A DNA stretch of 64,000 nt from Candidatus Omnitrophota bacterium (lineage in GTDB: Bacteria; Omnitrophota; Gorgyraeia; JAFGHF01), in the NCBI GenBank assembly GCA_020341815.1, contig CP070837.1, forward strand, positions 892,064 through 956,063, given 5' to 3'. Below, in pieces: positions 1 to 6,500 of this stretch (position 1 is its first letter; every line of letters starts with the position of its first letter). A program made the translations under genes and the position numbers. A model generated the notes under the pieces. It worked only from the letters and a program-made list of their open reading frames with translations, made no database searches and had not been told where the DNA came from.

Positions 1-2
1 CC

Positions 3-371
3 TCACCCATACTGGAAAAAATAGGCCTGCGCAATACTGCTCCTTTCATTGCCCTAACTATCAGAAGCTTAAGTGTGAGCGTGGCTCTATTAATAGCATT
101 GACGTGCATGGGTAAAATAAAAGATATCTTCAGTGTCGACGGCAAAACAATGACATTATTTATAGTCAGCGGAATTATGGCGGGACTCTTGGGTATGTGG
201 GCCTATTTTGGCGCGCTAAAGGCGGGTGCCACATCAAAGATAGTGCCCATAGCTGCATCTTACCCCTTAATCACTGCTCTTCTAAGTGTAATCATTCTCA
301 AGGAGGCAGTTACTCCGCTAAGATTAATAGGCACCCTGCTTATTATTGCCGGTATCTGGCTGGTTAAATAA
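3..371 (+). CDS. EamA/DMT family membrane transporter (5' partial)
   Basis: Frame is open from the window start; hydrophobic, with the EamA-like motif AYFGALKAG..SKIVPIAASYPL..LLSVIILKE. Confidence 0.85.
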   Translation, partial: SPILEKIGLRNTAPFIALTIRSLSVSVALLIALTCMGKIKDIFSVDGKTMTLFIVSGIMAGLLGMWAYFGALKAGATSKIVPIAASYPLITALLSVIILKEAVTPLRLIGTLLIIAGIWLVK

Positions 372-388
372 TTTTTCATGTTTTTTAC

Positions 389-417
389 TTGACAAACTTT
401 TATCTATATGTTAAAAA
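389..417 (+). promoter_or_regulatory. Putative sigma70 promoter
   Basis: TTGACA-N17-TAAAAA with a TG extended -10. Confidence 0.5.
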
Positions 418-484
418 ATATAGAAAGGGATAATGTAAGCAATTATTTAAGCTTGCTTGAATGAAAGGGAAAGGGGGTGAAAAG

Positions 485-814
485 ATGCGTAAATTCTTTT
501 TAATTTTGGTAGCTGTCATAATGATTTCTAATTTAATTATAACGCCTTGCTCTGCTGATGATGTCCTGCGCAAGCTGGGAAGAGGCCTGGCAAACACCAC
601 AACAGGTTTCGTAGAGATCCCTAAGAAGGTTTTCCTGATCAGTAAAAATGACAATCCTCTCCTGGGTATGACCTGGGGTTGGGTTAAAGGAGCGGGAGTT
701 GGCCTGCTGCGTACAGCTGCTGGCGTATATGAGACTGTAACTTTTCCTATTCCTGCGCCTGCGAATTATGAACCAATCATACAGCCGGAGTTTGTTTTTG
801 AGGAATGGGACTAA
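485..814 (+). CDS. Exosortase system-associated protein (TIGR04073-like), secreted
   Basis: Signal peptide followed by RKLGRGLAN..TG..EIP and GVYETVTFPIP.P..YEP; start chosen at the ATG after a GGGGGTG SD. Confidence 0.8.
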   Translation: MRKFFLILVAVIMISNLIITPCSADDVLRKLGRGLANTTTGFVEIPKKVFLISKNDNPLLGMTWGWVKGAGVGLLRTAAGVYETVTFPIPAPANYEPIIQPEFVFEEWD

Positions 815-831
815 AAATAGTAAAGCGGTCA

Positions 832-866
832 AAAAGGCTCATCTTTATCTAAGAGATGGGCCTTTT
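832..866 (+). terminator. Intrinsic terminator
   Basis: AAAAGGCTCATCT / AGATGGGCCTTTT hairpin after the stop. Confidence 0.75.
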
Positions 867-910
867 AATTTCTGGTAATTTAGGCCGAATATTGCGCAAA
901 AGAAAAAGCT

Positions 911-2209
911 ATGTGGGCACGAAAATATACAAAATGCATAGAATGCGGAACAACAGAAATACCTCACTTTAGTAAAGGGCGCTGCAGAAGATGCTGCCAT
1001 AGGATTAGAGATAATCTGAGGATAGATAGATTAGAAATTAATAAAAGAATCGGCAGAGGTCAAAAGAAAAGATACGCATTGAAAAATAACATCAGAAATC
1101 AAATAACCAAAGATATATTAAGTGATTTATATTGTTATAGAAAAATGTCTTTCGGAGACATAGCAAAGCAATACAACTGCTCAAGAGCGTATATATTAAA
1201 GCTATGTAAATTATATAGTATTCCTATCAGAAATAAGTCCGAAGCAAGATATTTAGCACTAAAACAAGACAAGCTTCCTTTTTGTTACCACAAATTGAAT
1301 GAACAATTCTTTAAGACTTGGACTAAAGAAATGGCATATGTCCTTGGTTTACTTTATGCAGATGGCAATATGCACAAAAACAAGTCAAGCTTTTCTTTAA
1401 GCTTGAAAGAAAAAGATTTTTTAGAGCGGATTAGAAATAGCTTAGAAAGCACACATCCCATAAAGAAGAGCAAAGTCCAGGAACTCTATCATTTAACTAT
1501 CGGAAGCGGCAAAATGATTGAAGATTTGCTGAAATTAGGCTTTATCCCGAGAAAAAGCCTAAAAATCAAGTTCCCAGACATGCCAATTGCCTATATTTCC
1601 CACTTTATAAGAGGGTATTTTGATGGTGACGGAAGTATAATAAAAAAGAATGATAGCAATGTCTATAAGGCCTCTATTGTTACCGGGTCGGAAAAATTCA
1701 TTTCCAGCATAAAAATGCATTTGGAAAGACTTGTGGGTGTAAGCGTACAAAGAATCAATAAACACAAAACAGCAAACGCTTATTTCATTCATTACCACAG
1801 AAGGAGCGATATCGAGAAACTCTATAAATATTTTTATGACGAGTATACAATAAGCAATAAATTATACTTATCTAGGAAACTTTTAAAGTTTCAAGAAGCC
1901 ATTAGCAATTATAAGAAATGGGGCCTTAATCAGCTAAGGTCTTCCAGACACAACGCTAAATATAGCGCTAAGGTAAAACTGGAAAAAAATCAAACAAATG
2001 CCACAATCGAAAAGTTAATCGCCTACTGGTGTTCTTACCGCCAACTTGGCAGCAATATATCTGATTTAGCTAGATATGTCAAAGTCTCAAGGGATACGGC
2101 ATATCGTTGGTTAAACAGGAAAGCTCAGCCTAAGGAGCAAAAATTACAGCTGATTCAAGAATGGTTAAGGCAAAGGCCGAATCATCAACAAACACTTATT
2201 TATAAGTAG
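911..2209 (+). CDS. Free-standing LAGLIDADG endonuclease-like protein with N-terminal Zn-binding and HTH modules and a C-terminal XRE-like HTH
   Basis: CIEC..H..CRRC; two motifs AYVLGLLYADG and FIRGYFDGDG; C-terminal ISDLARYVKVSRDTAYRWL. Confidence 0.8.
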   Translation: MWARKYTKCIECGTTEIPHFSKGRCRRCCHRIRDNLRIDRLEINKRIGRGQKKRYALKNNIRNQITKDILSDLYCYRKMSFGDIAKQYNCSRAYILKLCKLYSIPIRNKSEARYLALKQDKLPFCYHKLNEQFFKTWTKEMAYVLGLLYADGNMHKNKSSFSLSLKEKDFLERIRNSLESTHPIKKSKVQELYHLTIGSGKMIEDLLKLGFIPRKSLKIKFPDMPIAYISHFIRGYFDGDGSIIKKNDSNVYKASIVTGSEKFISSIKMHLERLVGVSVQRINKHKTANAYFIHYHRRSDIEKLYKYFYDEYTISNKLYLSRKLLKFQEAISNYKKWGLNQLRSSRHNAKYSAKVKLEKNQTNATIEKLIAYWCSYRQLGSNISDLARYVKVSRDTAYRWLNRKAQPKEQKLQLIQEWLRQRPNHQQTLIYK

Positions 2210-2233
2210 AAAGGGGAGGGTCATCGGCTAAAT

Positions 2234-2449
2234 ATGCCTCAAAATAGCTCAGAATTGGCCATATTTGAACGACTAAGGGAACATTTAGGGTTCTACAAAT
2301 ACGCGGATGTAGAACATCAATCGGTGACTGCTTTAGCCAAATATTGCAGGGTTTCAAGGAGAACTATATATAACTGGTTGAACAGCAAGACAAAGCCAAA
2401 ACAGGCTAAATTGAAGTTGATTAAGGAATGGATAGATAGTCGAATATAG
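2234..2449 (+). CDS. Small XRE/Cro-like helix-turn-helix protein
   Basis: SVTALAKYCRVSRRTIYNWL; strong GGGGAGG SD; paralogous to the C-terminus of the upstream ORF. Confidence 0.8.
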   Translation: MPQNSSELAIFERLREHLGFYKYADVEHQSVTALAKYCRVSRRTIYNWLNSKTKPKQAKLKLIKEWIDSRI

Positions 2450-2507
2450 TATAAGGCTAATAGGGCTAAAAATGGCCCTATTTTTTAATTTCCCCCTATT
2501 TCACAGT

Positions 2508-2535
2508 CCTATCCATAATATATCTTATGTTAACT
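2508..2535 (+). other. dif: dif-like XerC/XerD recombination site
   Basis: CCTATCCATAA-TATATC-TTATGTTAACT versus E. coli GGTGCGCATAA-TGTATA-TTATGTTAAAT; lies where gene orientation converges. Confidence 0.85.
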
Positions 2536-2602
2536 TCCCAATATCGGCTAAATAGGCATAACCATAGGAGAAATAGGCAGTTAAGTAATATGTAGGATAT
2601 TC

Positions 2603-2611
2603 TGTGGATAA
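2603..2611 (-). promoter_or_regulatory. Consensus DnaA box (single)
   Basis: TGTGGATAA is the reverse complement of TTATCCACA. Confidence 0.4.
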
Positions 2612-2659
2612 ACAGTTAAACGGGATATCTTGCCCCAAAAGATAAAAAAAGGGCCTCAT

Positions 2660-3008
2660 TTAATTGAGTTTACTTGAACTTACTTTTGGAGGGAAACTTA
2701 CTTCCAATTAACCTTGCTTACTGCTAAAGACCCACTTAATCAGGCTTAACCAAAATTACCGCAAAAGTGTAACTTTTCTCAAGTTAACCTGGCTTACTTT
2801 TGCAAGCCAACTTAACTAAATTTCGTTACACTTACTCAAAGGACCCTATTTTACTTAGTGTTACTTTTTAGGGCTGACTTACTTATCCTTACTCAATGAG
2901 CCACGAATTACCTGTATTTACTTTTTTGAGGAAAGTTACCTGAAGTTACTCGGTGGGTTTGTTTTTACCGGAAGTTACTTGATGGGCCTATTGTTACCTA
3001 GAGTTACC
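2660..3008 (+). repeat. Phased TTAC/TTAAC motif array (11 units)
   Basis: Motifs are 10 bp apart within units; unit period is 38 bp, then 28-29 bp. Confidence 0.85.
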
Positions 3009-3014
3009 TCTCCC

Positions 3015-3473
3015 CTATCGCAGCGAAAATATCCTTACTCTTTCTGAACCCATATTATCTGAGTAATCGAAATCGCTGACCCAGAGGCGCACCTCTTTTT
3101 CTTGTTTCAAAGTAAAGTCTAAAGTTGCACCCACTTGACCTTCTTTTAAGGCCTGTAAAACCTCGTTTTCGGCATCGGCCTGGGAAGCTACTTTTGGGCT
3201 TGGTTCTACATATAACGTGCCTAAATTAGGCTGGTCTTGTCCGCCCAGGCAATCCGTACCTACGCATAGGCTGTAAAGCCAGCTGTAATTGGGGTGAATG
3301 GGGAAAAATAGCGCCACCGCTCCCCCGGCTGCCTCAGCGCGGTAATTGCCTTTGGGTAAGGTTATGGTTATGCCTTCGGCTTTCTCTGCCGGAACGGTAA
3401 TTGTCTTATCATACGCATAAGCAGCCGTTGAAAGCACAAGATATAACAACAGCGCAAAACTCAAAGTTTTCAT
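3015..3473 (-). CDS. Secreted hypothetical protein
   Basis: Signal peptide ending AYA; AGAAGGAG SD. Confidence 0.75.
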   Translation of the reverse strand: MKTLSFALLLYLVLSTAAYAYDKTITVPAEKAEGITITLPKGNYRAEAAGGAVALFFPIHPNYSWLYSLCVGTDCLGGQDQPNLGTLYVEPSPKVASQADAENEVLQALKEGQVGATLDFTLKQEKEVRLWVSDFDYSDNMGSERVRIFSLR

Positions 3474-3492
3474 CTTTGTTCTCCTTCTTACT

Positions 3493-3575
3493 CACTGAAA
3501 TCACTGAGATTATTACACTGAAGCCACTGAGACTTTATTCAGTGTTCTCAGTGTTGCTATTCAGTGTTCTCAGTG
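3493..3575. repeat. REP-like palindromic element (4x CACTGA then 4x TCAGTG), copy 1
   Basis: Near-identical copy at 29103-29186. Confidence 0.85.
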
Positions 3576-6500
3576 TCTCTTGATTGATATAGTAAGTCTT
3601 ATCCTCTGTGGTTATTCTCCATACCGGGTAAAATGGTGAAGTGGTAAGCTCAGGTGAATAGACAAGCTCAGCCTTAATTTCAGCGGGCTCTTCTTCACTC
3701 TGGGCCAATACCTTCTCTATGGCTTCCTCTTTGCTAATCTGGATAAACCTTACCGGCTCATCCACCCAGGAGGCCTGTTTAAAGTAGCCCTCTTCCCTAT
3801 CAATGATTATGGCAGCATAGCTTAAGAACTGCCCCTGGAAGAAGTTGTCAAAAGGAACGAGGTAATAGTCCTTGCCTGCCTTATCCAGTCTTTGGACAGG
3901 GATAAAGCTTCTGGCAATAGAGCCCTGGATGCTTTGGGTGAACTTCTCGTCCGTAAGAAGCGAAGGGTCGATTATCTCTTTCCAGTTTATCCGGGAAGTC
4001 GCTTCGTTTTCCGGTTTGAAGATATTTAAGAGGTCTTCCTCTATGGTGTAAGAGATTAGCTCCTGCTCTTCATTAAGATTAACCACCAAGGCCCTGTCTA
4101 AAAGGTGCTTCTTGACAGGGTCGGTACTTTCTCCTGAGAGATAATCAGCTATCCTGACCAGTTCCCGGGTAGATTCATTTATTCGAGGTTCGGCTAAAGA
4201 GACCTCAGCATCACTTGGTTCAGAGGGCGGCTCAGCTACCTGAAGGTATTTGCCCTTATAATCATCTTCGGCCGTAAGAGGCAGTAGCATTGTAGCCTGG
4301 CATTCGCCAGCTGTGAGATAGTTATCCTGGCCTATGCCTTGGCCTTGCGGGTCAGTCAGCCAGAGGCCGTAGACCGTAAAGTTGCTAAGGTCTGAGAGCC
4401 GATGGTAACGGCTATGCGGCTCAAAGGGATAGGGGTTCATATCACAGGCTGCACCGTTTATCACCAGCCAGTGCCCGTATGTTCCGTAGGCAGGCACTGC
4501 AGCTGGCGTGTAGGGCTCTGCTACTAGGTCGGTTTCATCCTGGTAATTGTGCCAATCTTCCTTTGTGACAGGATAGGCTATCCAATGAGTGATGTCTCTT
4601 AGGTATTCCTTGAATTGGTCGGGTTCATACTCCTCAATGCCAAAGTTGTATCCATAGTTAGAACGACCTCCAGCTGGAGCATCACCTTCACCCAAGTTGT
4701 CATAATAATCAAAATGCCCCAAGGCATAGTCTATAGCATGAGGGTCCATTTCATCAAGGGAGGCTTTGTTGTAGGGATGGCCGTATTCATAGATCTCAAG
4801 CTGTGAGGGGGTATCATCTTCAGGACGCATCAGGTCTATAATCATCTGAGCGCTGGCTGCGCCTGATGAGGCAAAGTTATAAGGCTCAGGGAGTAACTCT
4901 TCGGCGTAATACTCAGGCAAGTCTATATGCAGAACCCAGCCTTTAAAGACTGAGATAGAGTCTTCGCCTTCGTTACCTGCTGCGTCTGTAGCAATAACCT
5001 TGACGATATTCCTCTGTCCTTCCCCTTCTATAGTTACGCCGGATGCAGAGAATGTCCCGTCACCCATATTGTCTGCCGATGAGTAATTTGTGTTAGCTCC
5101 TGTTACCTCTATTTCAACAGTTGCAGTATCATCATCTATCGTGCCTGATATGTCTATCAAGACATCATTAACTCCGGAATTATTAGCCGGATTGGTGATG
5201 GTAACCTGAGGTGCGGTCCTGTCAATGGTAAAGGAGACGCTGCCTGAGGAGCTATTGCCGGCCTCATCAGTAGCAGTTAAGGTAATAGTATAGTCTCCTT
5301 CTTCGGTATATGTATAAGTAGGAGGAAGATCATTATCACTGGTAACAACAATCTTATCCCCACTTGAACGGTCATCCTCTACTGTATAAGTTAAGGTAAC
5401 ATCCTGATTGGTCGGAGTAGATACAGGGTCAATACTGATTGTGGGTGGGGCGGTATCCGGTGAGTTCTCTAACTCCACTGTTATGCTCTGCCATGGAGAT
5501 TGATTTCCCGCTGCATCTATTGCCCGGGCTTCAAATGTTAGCGTTGAGCCGGGAGCTAAGGTGTCTGTCTGGACCAGCCCTGCCACAAAAGACCAATTGC
5601 TTATATCTTCTATGGTGACCGACACTCCTGCGTCTTCTCCATTTATCTTCGTCTCTATGGATTCCAATCCTGAATCATCTGTGGCAGTGCCGGAAAAGCT
5701 TAATGAAGTTCCTATTTGAATCTTTGCTCCGTCTTCCGGATAAGTTATAGCAACAACCGGAGGTGCGATATCTACATTGTTTACGGTTATAACGATTGTT
5801 TCCTGATTACTCCTAAGAAGTTCTTTATCGTATGCCCAGCAGGTCAATCGATAGTCTCCTCCTGCCTGGTCATATGTTGGTGTCCAACGAACAACACCTG
5901 CTTCAAACACGGCTCCTATTGGTACATCTACCCCTGCATTTTCCCATCCGTACCATACTTCCTCTCCATCGGGATCGCTGGCGGAAGGCGTAATAACTAA
6001 CTCCTGATTTTCATCTATTGTGCGATTTCCTATAGGATTTAAGATAGGCGCACGATTGACATCATTTACGGTAATCGTTACTTCTTGAGAATCAATAAAA
6101 CTGCCGTCCGAGACTGTAACTGTTACTTTATGCACTCCGGCATCATCGAATGTTGTGACATAGGTTTGCTCAATCATCCATCCAGAATAGCTATAGGTTA
6201 AAATGTCTTCTTCATCGGGGTCGGTAGCAGAAGGCGTAATAGTTATAGTCTGACCCTCAGTTACGGTTATATCGGCTATTTCATTCAGAACCGGCGGATG
6301 ATTATCGGTGAAGATAGCCTTATAATGATATCCCATATCTACCTGGTTTATATCAGGCTGAGCATTTGTACGGGTAGTATAGTTATAATTAAAGCCAAGA
6401 TTAATTGCTGCATCACTTCCTGCATCTACACAGGGTGAATATTTGTCAAGATAATATTGTCCCTGCGGTCCCTCCACAAAAAGCGGGTACATAAAGATGT

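Noticed and set aside
911-2209. Intein or group I intron-encoded endonuclease
   Set aside because: No splice-junction motifs and no interrupted host gene or RNA is visible
2213-2220. KOPS motif GGGGAGGG pointing at dif
   Set aside because: It also serves as the SD of the next gene; a single instance is uninformative
2660-3008. TTAC array as a CRISPR array
   Set aside because: No conserved 23-47-bp repeat, linkers are only ~14 nt, and there are no cas genes in the window
2450-3010. Chromosomal oriC
   Set aside because: Only one DnaA box, genes converge rather than diverge, a dif site is present, and there is no dnaA/dnaN nearby
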